From Planctomycetota bacterium (GTDB lineage Bacteria; Planctomycetota; UBA1135): a stretch of 64,000 nt of DNA. A program made the position numbers and the translations under genes. Where the stretch lies: positions 64,001-128,000 of the forward strand of contig JASFYO010000003.1 of the NCBI GenBank assembly GCA_045047305.1, given 5' to 3'. The notes beneath the pieces are model-generated. The model saw nothing but the letters and a program-made list of their open reading frames with translations, ran no database searches and was not told where the DNA came from. Positions 38,880 to 48,232 of the stretch are shown here, piece by piece (position 1 is the stretch's first letter; each line of letters starts with the position of its first letter).

Positions 38880-39766
38880 TTAGGATTCATGAAGTTGCTG
38901 CACGGGATGGACTGCAGAATGAGAAGACGATCCTGTCCACGGACACCAAGTTGCAATTGTTGGAATTGCTTGCAGCGTCGCGCCCCGATTCCTTAGAAGT
39001 CACTAGCTTTGTGCGTCCTGATTTGGTGCCGCAGTTAGCAGACGCAAAGGAATTGTGTTCTCGCTTACGTGCCGTCCCGTGGCGCAAGGGGTTGCCGTTA
39101 GTCGGCTTGGTCATGAACATGCGTGGCTATGAAAGTTTTCGTGAAAGTGGTTTAGATGCCATCACTGCGGTGATTGGAGCGCATGAGGGATTCTCGAAAT
39201 CGAATTCAGGCATGTCGATTGAAAAAGCGGTTGCGGTGAATCAGGAAATCGCAGCTGCCGCGAAGGCCGACGGCTTCCCTGTCCGCATGTACTTGTCGAT
39301 GGCGTTTGGTTCGCCCAAAGATGGAGACACCGATTTGCTGTGTGTGCTCGATTTGATCGCTGCATCGATGGATATGGGAGTGGAGCGCGTCTTACTTTCG
39401 GATACGGTGGGGGTGGCACGGAAAGACCAAGTGGAATGCCTGGCGCATGCGGCGCTCGACATGATGTCGCCGCAAAAGGTTGGATTACACATGCACGATA
39501 CGTATGGTCGTGCTTTGGAGAATTGCGCGGTTGGCATGGACTTGGGGATGCGCATATTTGATGCTTCCGCAGGTGGAACAGGTGGATGCCCTTTTGCGCC
39601 AGGAGCTGCGGGCAATCTCGCTACTGGAGCTCTTTGGGATTTAGCTGAACACCATGGGCTTGCACCGGCCATGAATGTGCAGGCTTTGGATGAAGCCACG
39701 AAACTGCTTTCGGTACAGCTTGGCCGTCCACTGGCTTTAGGCGCAGCCACCCGCCCAGCCTCCTAG
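38876..39766 (+). CDS. Hydroxymethylglutaryl-CoA lyase
   Basis: EVAARDGLQNE, SFVRP..VPQLAD, LHMHDTYG, GGCPFAPGAAGNLAT; GTG start overlapping the upstream stop. Confidence 0.9.
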   Translation: MIRIHEVAARDGLQNEKTILSTDTKLQLLELLAASRPDSLEVTSFVRPDLVPQLADAKELCSRLRAVPWRKGLPLVGLVMNMRGYESFRESGLDAITAVIGAHEGFSKSNSGMSIEKAVAVNQEIAAAAKADGFPVRMYLSMAFGSPKDGDTDLLCVLDLIAASMDMGVERVLLSDTVGVARKDQVECLAHAALDMMSPQKVGLHMHDTYGRALENCAVGMDLGMRIFDASAGGTGGCPFAPGAAGNLATGALWDLAEHHGLAPAMNVQALDEATKLLSVQLGRPLALGAATRPAS

Positions 39767-39829
39767 AAGTTAAGTTCATGCGCATGGATCGGCCGCGCCT
39801 CCACGGAAGCGTGCAATCGCAGAAATGAA

Positions 39830-40142
39830 GGATGCCATTTGATCCCGCTGTTTCATTCGGGTTGTAAGTGAGCGGTCGCTTTTCGAAGTAAGAATTACTT
39901 GCATACCATTGCGCACAATTTCTCGGCGGTGTGGTTGGTGCCGGAGTTCTTTACCTCATCGCTAGCGGCCAAGTTGCATTCGATGCTTCCGCGGGATTGG
40001 CTTCCAATGGATTTGGAGAATGCTCTCCCGGCGGCTACAGCATGACGGCTGCTGTCGTGTGCGAAGTCGTGATGATCTTCATGCTCCTGTGCATCATTCT
40101 GCAGCCACTGATAAACGAGCACCAGACGGTTTTGCGCTGATT
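39830..40142 (+). pseudogene. aqpZ: Aquaporin Z internal fragment with stops and frameshifts
   Basis: GCHL-(fs)[40 protein letters not shown]...[14 protein letters not shown]...(fs)[11 protein letters not shown], colinear with AqpZ. Confidence 0.85.
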
Positions 40143-40219
40143 GTGGGTGCTGTATTGGCTGCTGTGGTTTATTGTTGGTTGGAGAAAGAGTAGGTCAGCC
40201 GCAGCGTTATCCTGAGCCC

Positions 40220-41011
40220 ATGACGGCATCGGAAACGCCACTCGTTTTGCTCCACAGGGATGGGCATGTAGCCACCTTGGAAATCAATCGGCCAGAAGCT
40301 CGAAACGCTCTGAGCTTTCCTGCTTTAATGCAGTTGCGCGCACATCTTGCTGATTTGCGCGCTGACGACTCCATTTGGGTCGTGATTCTTACTGGTGCTG
40401 GAGATAAGGCATTTTGTGCTGGGGCAGACTTAAAGGAACGTCGGTCCATGTCTGAGGACCAGGTGAAGGAGTTTGTGCGCAACATACGTGGCACCATGGA
40501 TGATATTGCAGCCTTGCCACAACCGACCATTGCAGCCATGCAAGGACACGCCTTTGGTGGTGGGTGTGAAATGGCCTTGTCCTGCGATCTCCGCCTTATA
40601 GCTTCCGAAGCTCTTATGGGACTGACCGAAACCAGTTTAGGCATTATTCCAGGAGCGGGCGGCTGCGTACGCCTTCCACGTTTAGTGGGTGCTGCGACCG
40701 CGAAGCAATTGATTTTGACTGCGAAACGTTGTTCCGCAGCGGAAGCGAAACAAATGGGGCTAGTACATCAAGTTGCGGATAGCGTAGATTTCAAAGCCGC
40801 AATCGCAACGATGGTGAACTCTTTGTTGGCGAATGGGCCATTGGCTTTGCGCGCTGCGAAAGACGCCATCGATGGCAGCCTAGATATGCCCTTGGAGCAA
40901 GCTTTAGAACATGAGGCTGCTTGTTATGCGCGTATCATACCGACCGAAGATCGTCTGGAAGCACTTGTCGCTTTCGGCGAAAAACGGAAACCAAACTTCC
41001 TGGGGCGTTAA
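40220..41011 (+). CDS. Enoyl-CoA hydratase (probable methylglutaconyl-CoA hydratase)
   Basis: AFCAGADLKER, AFGGGCEMAL..D, ETSLGIIPGAGG, TEDRLEALVAF.EKRKP; near HMG-CoA lyase. Confidence 0.88.
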   Translation: MTASETPLVLLHRDGHVATLEINRPEARNALSFPALMQLRAHLADLRADDSIWVVILTGAGDKAFCAGADLKERRSMSEDQVKEFVRNIRGTMDDIAALPQPTIAAMQGHAFGGGCEMALSCDLRLIASEALMGLTETSLGIIPGAGGCVRLPRLVGAATAKQLILTAKRCSAAEAKQMGLVHQVADSVDFKAAIATMVNSLLANGPLALRAAKDAIDGSLDMPLEQALEHEAACYARIIPTEDRLEALVAFGEKRKPNFLGR

Positions 41012-41020
41012 CGGAGCGGC

Positions 41021-42517
41021 ATGATGATTGTTCTCGGCATTGCATTGATTTTGCTTGGCATCGTGGTGTATGACCTCACCCAAACCAAGCATGCCATTCT
41101 GCGTAACTTCCCCTTAATCGGGCATTTGCGTTATCTCCTGGAGAGGATCGGTCCTGAGTTGCGGCAGTACATCGTGACCAGTAACGATGAAGAGCGTCCG
41201 TTTAGTCGTGACCAGCGTCGTTGGATTTACTCATCTTCTAAGAAGGAGAATAACTATTTTGGTTTTGGTACTGACAATGATCTTGATGCAGCACAGAACT
41301 ATGTGATTTTTCATCAAGCTGCTTTTCCCTTGCTTGAGTTGCACCAAGGAGATGAAGGCTTTGACTCCAAGTATGGCTTGGCTTGTCGCAAGGTCATGGG
41401 AGCTGCGCACCATCGCGAAAAATCATTCCGCCCGAGATCGGTGGTGAACGTTTCCGCGATGAGTTTTGGTTCCTTGAGTGCATCTGCGATTTCGGCCTTG
41501 AATCAAGGTGTGGCTTTAGCTGGCGCTATGCACAATACTGGGGAGGGTGGCGTTTCCTCTTATCATCTTCATGGTGGAGATTTAACCTGGCAAATTGGAA
41601 CTGGTTATTTCGGCGCTCGAGGTGCCGATGGCAACTTCTCCCTTCAGGAGTTGAAGCGTACTTGTGCACGCAACCCATCGATTCGGGCGTTGGAGGTGAA
41701 GTTGAGTCAAGGTGCAAAACCAGGAGTCGGCGGCATCTTGCCCGGTGCAAAGGTCACCGCCGAAATCGCAGGCATCCGTGGTATCGTGAAAGGGCAAGAT
41801 TGTCTGAGTCCGAGTCGCCACACGGCCTTTTATGGCACTGATGGTCTCATTGACTTTGTAGAACAGTTGGCCGACGCCACGGGCTTGCCAGTTGGGATTA
41901 AATCTGCAGTGGGAGGCCCTGAATTCTGGGTGGAGTTAGCGCAGCAGATGAAAGCTACTGGCAAAGGGCCTGACTTCATCACCATTGACGGTGGGGAAGG
42001 TGGAACTGGTGCCGGACCTTTGGTCTTTACCGATCATGTTGCATTACCATTTCGTTTCGCTTTCAGTAGGGTGTTTCGTATTTTTGTCGAAGCCGGCATT
42101 GCCGAAGATGTGGTGTTCATCGGATCCGGGCGCATTGGATTGCCCGATTCCGCTTTCCTTGCCTTCGGGCTTGGCTGCGACATGATCAATGTGGCACGCG
42201 AGGCCATGTTGGCGATTGGCTGCATTCAAGCGCAACGTTGTGAAACTGGGCATTGCCCAACCGGTGTCGCAACCCAAAATGCATGGCTGCAAAAGGGATT
42301 GGACCCGACAAATAAGGCTGCTCGCCTTTCTAACTACCTCATAACTTTACGTAAAGAGTTGATTCGTTTGTCGCGAGCCTGTGGTTATGCGCATCCGTCT
42401 CAGGTTCCGCTCTCGCAGATGGAAATCCTCAATGGACCAGCCGGTCCTGAAGCTGCTGCCGACGTTTTCGGCTATGCCGAGCATCATCAGGCGAAAGCCC
42501 AAGGCCTCGAGGTTTAA
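41021..42517 (+). CDS. FMN-binding glutamate synthase family protein
   Basis: SAMSFGSLS, NTGEGG, EVKLSQGAKPG.GG.LP..KV, IDGGEGGTGA, GCIQAQRCETGHCPTGVATQ. Confidence 0.92.
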   Translation: MMIVLGIALILLGIVVYDLTQTKHAILRNFPLIGHLRYLLERIGPELRQYIVTSNDEERPFSRDQRRWIYSSSKKENNYFGFGTDNDLDAAQNYVIFHQAAFPLLELHQGDEGFDSKYGLACRKVMGAAHHREKSFRPRSVVNVSAMSFGSLSASAISALNQGVALAGAMHNTGEGGVSSYHLHGGDLTWQIGTGYFGARGADGNFSLQELKRTCARNPSIRALEVKLSQGAKPGVGGILPGAKVTAEIAGIRGIVKGQDCLSPSRHTAFYGTDGLIDFVEQLADATGLPVGIKSAVGGPEFWVELAQQMKATGKGPDFITIDGGEGGTGAGPLVFTDHVALPFRFAFSRVFRIFVEAGIAEDVVFIGSGRIGLPDSAFLAFGLGCDMINVAREAMLAIGCIQAQRCETGHCPTGVATQNAWLQKGLDPTNKAARLSNYLITLRKELIRLSRACGYAHPSQVPLSQMEILNGPAGPEAAADVFGYAEHHQAKAQGLEV

Positions 42518-42521
42518 CCCC

Positions 42522-43166
42522 ATGTTGCTGAAGTGGATTCAGTGTCAGGTTTCAGATTTACACCACGATGCTTTCTCCACAGCTCAGGAGGCCTGGCGAG
42601 GCATCGCGACGGAGCCGGGCTTTCTTGGACAATACGGTGGTTGGGCGGATGCTCATACTGCATGCATTCTTGGCCTTTGGGAGTCTGCCGCAGCGCAACA
42701 ACGTTTCCTCCTGGAAGGTAGTCATGATTCCATTGTGGCCGCAAACCAACAAATGCACTACATGGAAAACTGGTCCACATCTTTGCTGGAACAGGTTTTT
42801 CCTATGCCAGGTGAGGCTTCGGATTTAGCAGTTGCCCTCGCCGATGCACCTGCTGGCGCCTATCTCCGTATTGCGGACTGCCACATACCGTTGACGCAGC
42901 AGCCGAGTTTCCTTATTGCGCAAGAATCCATCTGGCTTCCAGCCATGCGCGATGCCAGCGGCATGCTCGGGGGTGGTTTTTACAGCGACGCTGGAGACCA
43001 TTTTTTAGTCGCGACGCTTTGGGAATCCGCCGATCATCACCAGCGCTATCAAACTGAGGATTTACCTGGCTTGCGCGCACAAGTGCAGGCACTGCAAGCA
43101 TTGCCGAGCAGCATGTCCGGTTACGCGATCCAGCTGCATCCATCGTGGACCGTTAAGGCTGGCTAA
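42522..43166 (+). CDS. YdbC/DUF4937-like tandem ABM-fold protein
   Basis: MLLKWIQCQV...FSTAQEAW...GFLGQYGGW; second repeat FLIAQESIWLPAM...GMLGG. Confidence 0.7.
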   Translation: MLLKWIQCQVSDLHHDAFSTAQEAWRGIATEPGFLGQYGGWADAHTACILGLWESAAAQQRFLLEGSHDSIVAANQQMHYMENWSTSLLEQVFPMPGEASDLAVALADAPAGAYLRIADCHIPLTQQPSFLIAQESIWLPAMRDASGMLGGGFYSDAGDHFLVATLWESADHHQRYQTEDLPGLRAQVQALQALPSSMSGYAIQLHPSWTVKAG

Positions 43167-44232
43167 TCCCAGCCTGGGTCACTAGGTAGATTGCAAAGGA
43201 GGCCAGCCAGTGCTCGCCTTCAAAGTGACCACTGAACACGTATTCCAATCCAACTTCCCGATGCGCATCGGCAGCGGCAAGTAAGACTTCGCGTCGTGGA
43301 TCTAGTTTGGGCAATGCGGAGACGATGCCCTCTAAGGTCCAGGCGCGGGAAAGGTTTAAACCGGCAAGGTGAACCAAGCGCCCATCGGTTACATCGGAAA
43401 CGAGGGTGGGAGTTAACACATTCCCCATGGCACCTTGGGTCAGTCCTGGGAAGAATGCGTCGAGCCAGGTGAGGTATTCATCCTGCGACAAGACGCGGCG
43501 CATCAGGTCAGCTTCATTTAACCCTGCGGAAAAGAAGTCTTCTCCCGAAGGTTCATACTGAACTGGATAGGCGGTGTCGGCTTGGTAGAAAGCAAGAGTC
43601 TTTGCAACTAGCGCCTGCTCCAGTTCCTGATTGCCAACGGCGCGCGCATAATCAAGCTCCATGCCGAATGCAAAAGCGGAGTCGGGATGGACCCCCATGC
43701 GGATGGGGTGGGAGAGCCGTGGAAGATAGCCAAGTAAGAGTTCGACGATTTGATCCTCGAGTGGCTTCAGATTTTTCGCCCAGCGTTGCGCATCGGCATC
43801 TTCGAAAGTGTGCAGCTCCTGTGCAAGCTGCAGCAACCAAGCCCAGCCATACATACGCTCAAAACCCTTGTTCTGGTGCTCATCGAAGTAATCCGCCTCT
43901 ACCTGCAGTGCCTTGGCATTCAGCTGCGCTTCGAGTAATGCGCGGATCTCTGCATCGACGGAAGACCCTGGTTGAGTCTTTAGCAAACGAACTAGCATCC
44001 AATGTCCATGCACGGAAGAATGCCAATCGAAGGAGCCGTAGAAGACCGGATGGTTGGTGCGTGGAATTACCGCCGATTCTGGACCCGTAAATACTTGGCC
44101 AGGCTTGTTGGGATACTCACGCACGATGCTGTCGAGCGCCAAACGTGCAAAGGAAACAACTTGCGCGTCTTCTAGGGAAGGGGATTGCGGCATTGCGGTT
44201 ATGCAGGAAAGCACAATTGCGGTTAAGAACAT
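43153..44232 (-). CDS. DUF2891 family protein
   Basis: REYPNK, HPVFYGSFDWHSSVHGHW, FERMYGWAWLL, EPSGEDF, HLAGLNLSRAW, HWLASFA. Confidence 0.85.
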   Translation of the reverse strand: MFLTAIVLSCITAMPQSPSLEDAQVVSFARLALDSIVREYPNKPGQVFTGPESAVIPRTNHPVFYGSFDWHSSVHGHWMLVRLLKTQPGSSVDAEIRALLEAQLNAKALQVEADYFDEHQNKGFERMYGWAWLLQLAQELHTFEDADAQRWAKNLKPLEDQIVELLLGYLPRLSHPIRMGVHPDSAFAFGMELDYARAVGNQELEQALVAKTLAFYQADTAYPVQYEPSGEDFFSAGLNEADLMRRVLSQDEYLTWLDAFFPGLTQGAMGNVLTPTLVSDVTDGRLVHLAGLNLSRAWTLEGIVSALPKLDPRREVLLAAADAHREVGLEYVFSGHFEGEHWLASFAIYLVTQAGISQP

Positions 44233-44368
44233 AGAGGAAGTGTAGCCGTGCTGAACCTTGAGATAGGGGGTTCTAGGCTTCTGGACATGAGTAGGTAAAC
44301 CGCGAAGGAGGGCAGCCAAGGCTCGCCATTGGGCAAGGCATCAGCAAAACAGTCAAGAACATGCGCAG

Positions 44369-44378
44369 AGTGTATCCT
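44369..44378. promoter_or_regulatory. Overlapping divergent -10 elements (TACACT minus / TATCCT plus)
   Basis: AGTGTATCCT; the same element occurs at 54850-54859. Confidence 0.55.
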
Positions 44379-44388
44379 AGAAGACGTC

Positions 44389-44970
44389 ATGCGGACGACC
44401 CTCACCAGCCTTGCATTCGGCCTTGTTGCTATGGCCTGCAGCACCGGAACCACCATGGATCAAATCCCAGAACCAACGTCACCTGCAATCCCTGCCTCGA
44501 TGACTCAGGAAGCGACTTTTGCCGCTGGCTGATTCTGGGGTGTTGAAGCCCTCTACCGTGCAGTAGATGGCGTTCTGGAGACGGAGGTTGGTTACATTGG
44601 CGGGCAGGTACCAAATGCGACCTACCAGCAAGTTTGCTCTGGTACTACTGGGCATGCAGAAGCGGTGCACGTGACTTTCGACCCAGCCAAAGTCGATTAC
44701 GAGGACTTGCTCGCTATTTTTTGGGCCAACCATGATCCTACCCAGGCAAATGGGCAAGGTTTAAACCTTGGTGATCAGTATCGTTCTGCCATCTTTTTTC
44801 ACAGTGAAGAACAGAGAGAAAAAGCAGAACTGTCGAAGTCTCAACTCAGTGTTTCAGGCCAGTTTTCGAAACCCATTACTACGGGTATCGTGGAGTTCAA
44901 AGATTTCGTTCGTGCTGAGGGATATCACCAGCAGTATTACGAAAAGCAGGGGCTCATCCCTCGCCGCTAA
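44389..44970 (+). CDS. msrA: Peptide-methionine (S)-S-oxide reductase, lipoprotein, with in-frame TGA (Sec) at the catalytic position
   Basis: Track ORFs 44329-44532 and 44665-44970 are one frame: ATFAAG-TGA(44530)-FWGVE...GYIGG...TYQQVCSGTTGHAEAV...HDPTQ..GQG.NLGDQYRSAIF...AEGYHQQYY; lipobox VAMAC. Confidence 0.9.
44546..44574 (+). promoter_or_regulatory. Candidate bacterial SECIS hairpin
   Basis: GCC-C-TCTAC-CGTGCA-GTAGA-T-GGC starting ~15 nt after the UGA, G-containing loop. Confidence 0.45.
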
Positions 44971-44989
44971 GAATCTAGGAGATGCACTT

Positions 44990-45400
44990 TTAGAAGTGCA
45001 CCTCAGATTCCTCAACCGTGCAGCGTAGGGTGGTGGGGCGCTGCCCATCCGGACTGAAGAAAGTTAAAGTTCGGCCTTTGCCGCTGCGTAGATTGAAGGT
45101 GCGTTCGCGCGGGTCGACATCCATGGAATCTTCCAGTAGGAACCCGTCGGAGTCATACCATTCCAGCGCAATAAACACGTTTTGCCCATTGTTTTCCTCG
45201 TTCACTAAGTTGAACTGAGCGGTGGCCTGATTGTTGCGCATGCGCACACGCATGTTCTCAATCGAAACGCCATCTACGGTGGATTCTATGCGCATTGCGA
45301 CCTCCCCATTTTCTTGGGTGAACACAGTTGGGCCAGAAGAGCAAGATGCCAGGAGTATCGGACTCACGGCAAGAAGGTGAATTAGAAGTTTGGGTGCCAT
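44990..45400 (-). CDS. YcfL/DUF1425-like lipoprotein
   Basis: Lipobox LASC; ATAQFNLVN...EWYDSDGF motif. Confidence 0.65.
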   Translation of the reverse strand: MAPKLLIHLLAVSPILLASCSSGPTVFTQENGEVAMRIESTVDGVSIENMRVRMRNNQATAQFNLVNEENNGQNVFIALEWYDSDGFLLEDSMDVDPRERTFNLRSGKGRTLTFFSPDGQRPTTLRCTVEESEVHF

Positions 45401-45455
45401 GCCAAATACAACGACGGCACCCTGCAGCGGGGACTTTAGTCCTAACCCCGACTTC

Positions 45456-46454
45456 TTAATCGATGGTTTGAATCAGGACGATGAGTGCGGTTAGGAGCAA
45501 GACCCATACCAAGAGCATGCCGACGGCCAGTTTGCGCGATTTTCGCTTTTGCCACCAAGTTCTTGGCGCGACTCCTCGAAGGAGGAAGGTCGCGATACCT
45601 GCAAGGTTGACGCAGACCAAGTTTCCAGCGAGTAACATGGCCGCGCCTTGGGCAAGATCCCAGTTGCCTGAAGTTGCGGTGAGGGCGCAAACCACGAGTG
45701 GAGGCAGTAACGCCACCGCCACCATCACACCAACTAAGGATGCTGGGACGCCGGTGGTGAAGGCTAATGCACCAGCGGTTCCTGCAGCCAAAGCAAGAAG
45801 CAAGTCCTCTAGGTTGAGGTGCGTGCGGCTGAGGATTTCGTGCGATCCTAAATCTAAGTCGAAAATCCAGCCAGCAAGACCCGCAACTAGGAAGGCTAAG
45901 CTAATACCGGCAATGCTGGTACGCAAACTCAGTGCGGCAAGCTTGGTGTCACCTAGAGTGCTGGCCAGGGCGAGCGCCATGTTGGGCCCGAGCAGTGGCG
46001 CAATCACCATGGCACCAATCAAAACCGCGGTGTTGTCGGTAGCGAGTCCGATGGTCGCGACGATGGTTGACAGTGCGACCATCCAAAGATGCACACGATC
46101 CAGCTTGGCGACGTCGGCTAGGTCATCGATAAGCTCTTCACGACTAATGCTGCCGCCCTTGTTCTTGGAAGAGGATTCCGCGGCAGGCGTTTCTGCTTCT
46201 GGCTCTTCCACTTTGGGCACAACCGTTTCTACCGCCAATACCACGGCCCGAAAATCTTTGTAGCTACCAAAGCTAGCCTGCAGCGGGTCCAGCACCGTAG
46301 AGACCTCTTCCGCAGGAATCAAAATGTGATACTGAGTGGTTGGCCCCGGAAGGTTGTGGCGAAAGGCCTTTGCATGCGGCAAGGTTTCCAGCAGCGCGTC
46401 GATTTTTTCAACGGCTTCATCGGGGATGAAGGTGTGCACGAGGCGGGTCGCCAT
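45456..46454 (-). CDS. TIGR00341/DUF389 family membrane protein
   Basis: ISREEL, IATIGL..DNTAVLIGAMVIAPLLGP, LVGVMVAVALLPP. Confidence 0.85.
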   Translation of the reverse strand: MATRLVHTFIPDEAVEKIDALLETLPHAKAFRHNLPGPTTQYHILIPAEEVSTVLDPLQASFGSYKDFRAVVLAVETVVPKVEEPEAETPAAESSSKNKGGSISREELIDDLADVAKLDRVHLWMVALSTIVATIGLATDNTAVLIGAMVIAPLLGPNMALALASTLGDTKLAALSLRTSIAGISLAFLVAGLAGWIFDLDLGSHEILSRTHLNLEDLLLALAAGTAGALAFTTGVPASLVGVMVAVALLPPLVVCALTATSGNWDLAQGAAMLLAGNLVCVNLAGIATFLLRGVAPRTWWQKRKSRKLAVGMLLVWVLLLTALIVLIQTID

Positions 46455-46515
46455 AGGTGGACAAGGTTACTATGCCGCCACCCCGGAGGCGAAGCCCGAC
46501 GGGAAGGGAAGTTTC

Positions 46516-47415
46516 ATGACTGATTCACAAACCATTCAATCGGCTGCCGTGCTTGGTGCTGGCGCCATGGGAGCAGGCATCGCACAAGTTGCGGCGCAGG
46601 CAGGTATCCGCACGCGTCTTTTTGATATTGAAGAGTCCTTTGCCCGTGGCGGTATGCAGCGCATCGAAGCCATGCTGGAAAAGGGCGTGGCCAAGGGCAA
46701 GATGACGGCGCAACGCAAAGACGAAGTCCTTGCTCTGTTGGAACCCGTGTGGGATTTAGAGGCAGCGGTCGATGGCGTGGATCTAGTGATTGAGGCTGCA
46801 CCGGAAAAGCTCGGCTTGAAGCAAGACATCTTTACCCGCGTCGCAGCCGTGGTCGATGCCAACGCCATCATCGCGACCAACACTTCTTCGCTTTCGGTGA
46901 CCGAGTTAGCGAGCGTGGTTTCCAATCCAGAACGTTTTCTTGGGTTGCATTTTTTCAACCCGCCTCCTCTGATGAAGTTGTTGGAAGTCGTGAAGGGAGA
47001 ACTCACTTCCGAGCAAACCGTGGCACGTGCTCTTGACCTCTCCGAACGCATGGGGAAGAGTCCGATTGTGGTGAAGGATGCACCCGGATTTGCCTCTTCG
47101 CGCCTTGGCGTCACGCTTGGATTGGAGGCGATTCGTATGGTGGAGGAAGGGGTTGCCTCGGCGGTGGACATCGACACCGCTATGGAGTTGGGGTATCGGC
47201 ATCCAATGGGCCCATTAAAACTCACCGACATGATCGGCTTGGATGTGCGTTTGCATATCAGCGAATACTTAGCTGAAACCTTAGACGATGTGCGCTTTAA
47301 GGCACCTGCGCTGATGCGCAAGATGGTGGCCGATGGTCATCTAGGGCGTAAAAGCGGCCGCGGTTTCTACGATTGGACCGATGGCCAGCCGAAACCGCTC
47401 ACTGATGAGCGCTAA
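46516..47415 (+). CDS. 3-hydroxyacyl-CoA dehydrogenase (PaaH/Hbd-like)
   Basis: GAGAMGAGIA, IEAAPE, TNTSSLS, GLHFFNP, HPMGPL, LGRKSGRGFY. Confidence 0.92.
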   Translation: MTDSQTIQSAAVLGAGAMGAGIAQVAAQAGIRTRLFDIEESFARGGMQRIEAMLEKGVAKGKMTAQRKDEVLALLEPVWDLEAAVDGVDLVIEAAPEKLGLKQDIFTRVAAVVDANAIIATNTSSLSVTELASVVSNPERFLGLHFFNPPPLMKLLEVVKGELTSEQTVARALDLSERMGKSPIVVKDAPGFASSRLGVTLGLEAIRMVEEGVASAVDIDTAMELGYRHPMGPLKLTDMIGLDVRLHISEYLAETLDDVRFKAPALMRKMVADGHLGRKSGRGFYDWTDGQPKPLTDER

Positions 47416-48154
47416 CCGTTTCGCGTAAACGCTGGTGCGTGGTGGATAGGTCACTTGCAGAGGTATCCAAAGTAAGAGCTGCGCGTTGGTAATAAGGTTC
47501 GCGTGCGGCCAAGAGGTTGCGCAGTTCCGCCATGGCATCGGCATGACCTTTCATCGGGCGATGGTCGCCTTGCGCAAGCACCCGAGCCATGCAATCCTCC
47601 GGTTCGGTACGTAACCAAACGGTGGTGAAGTTGTTTTCCACTAAAGCGAAAACGTTTTCATCTAAAACGATACCACCAGGAAGCGCCACCACTTTTGCGC
47701 TGCCAGAGGAAATGAGTTTTTGAATCGCTTCTCCGCCGAGGCGTCGGTAATAGCTTTCGCCGTGCAGCGCGAACACTTCGGATAGATTGAGGCCTGCCAT
47801 GGACTCGATTTCTTCATCAAGCTCCAGGAAGTCTAGGCCAAGTGATTCGGCGAGTAATGCACCCAGGGTGCTTTTGCCGGATCCACGAATGCCGAGCAAT
47901 GCAATACCGCGTTGTGCTGGCGGGGAGATGTCATCTTTCAGGAGGTCCACCAATGGGATTTGCAGGGCCGTGGCTAGGGCATCGAGGCGCCCAATCGCAA
48001 TGTTGGCTTCGGCGGATTCCACTTGTGCATAGAAGCGTGGGCTTAAGCTTGAGCGCGAAGCAGCCTCGGCCATCGTCCATCCAAGCTCGGAACGCCGCGC
48101 ACGCACGCGAGTGGCGATGCGCTGTAGCAGTTCGGGATTAGGTGGGCTGGACAC
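47399..48154 (-). CDS. boxR: BoxR/BzdR-type regulator (XRE HTH + shikimate-kinase-like benzoyl-CoA sensor)
   Basis: HTH RVRARR...LSPRFYAQVE..EANI; kinase-like IALLGIRGSGKSTLG, HGESYYRR, RVLAQGDHRPM; divergent from boxC; GTG start 6 nt after TATATT. Confidence 0.88.
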   Translation of the reverse strand: MSSPPNPELLQRIATRVRARRSELGWTMAEAASRSSLSPRFYAQVESAEANIAIGRLDALATALQIPLVDLLKDDISPPAQRGIALLGIRGSGKSTLGALLAESLGLDFLELDEEIESMAGLNLSEVFALHGESYYRRLGGEAIQKLISSGSAKVVALPGGIVLDENVFALVENNFTTVWLRTEPEDCMARVLAQGDHRPMKGHADAMAELRNLLAAREPYYQRAALTLDTSASDLSTTHQRLRETVSAHQ

Positions 48155-48157
48155 TTC

Positions 48158-48211
48158 TGCAATATAGTGCAAATATCCTAGAAATGAAACATTTATCTGT
48201 ACTATTTTGCA
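48158..48211. promoter_or_regulatory. Two TGCA-N6-TGCA-type operator boxes (putative BoxR sites)
   Basis: TGCAATATAGTGCA (48158-48171) and TGTACTATTTTGCA (48198-48211), 12/14 identical in inverted orientation. Confidence 0.7.
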
Positions 48212-48232
48212 GGTGCAAGCCATAATCTGAGG

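Noticed and set aside
44389..44970. msrA (and 60507-61556) as nonsense pseudogenes
   Set aside because: In both genes the only lesion is a TGA exactly at the redox Cys and downstream motifs are intact; two such chance events are unlikely.
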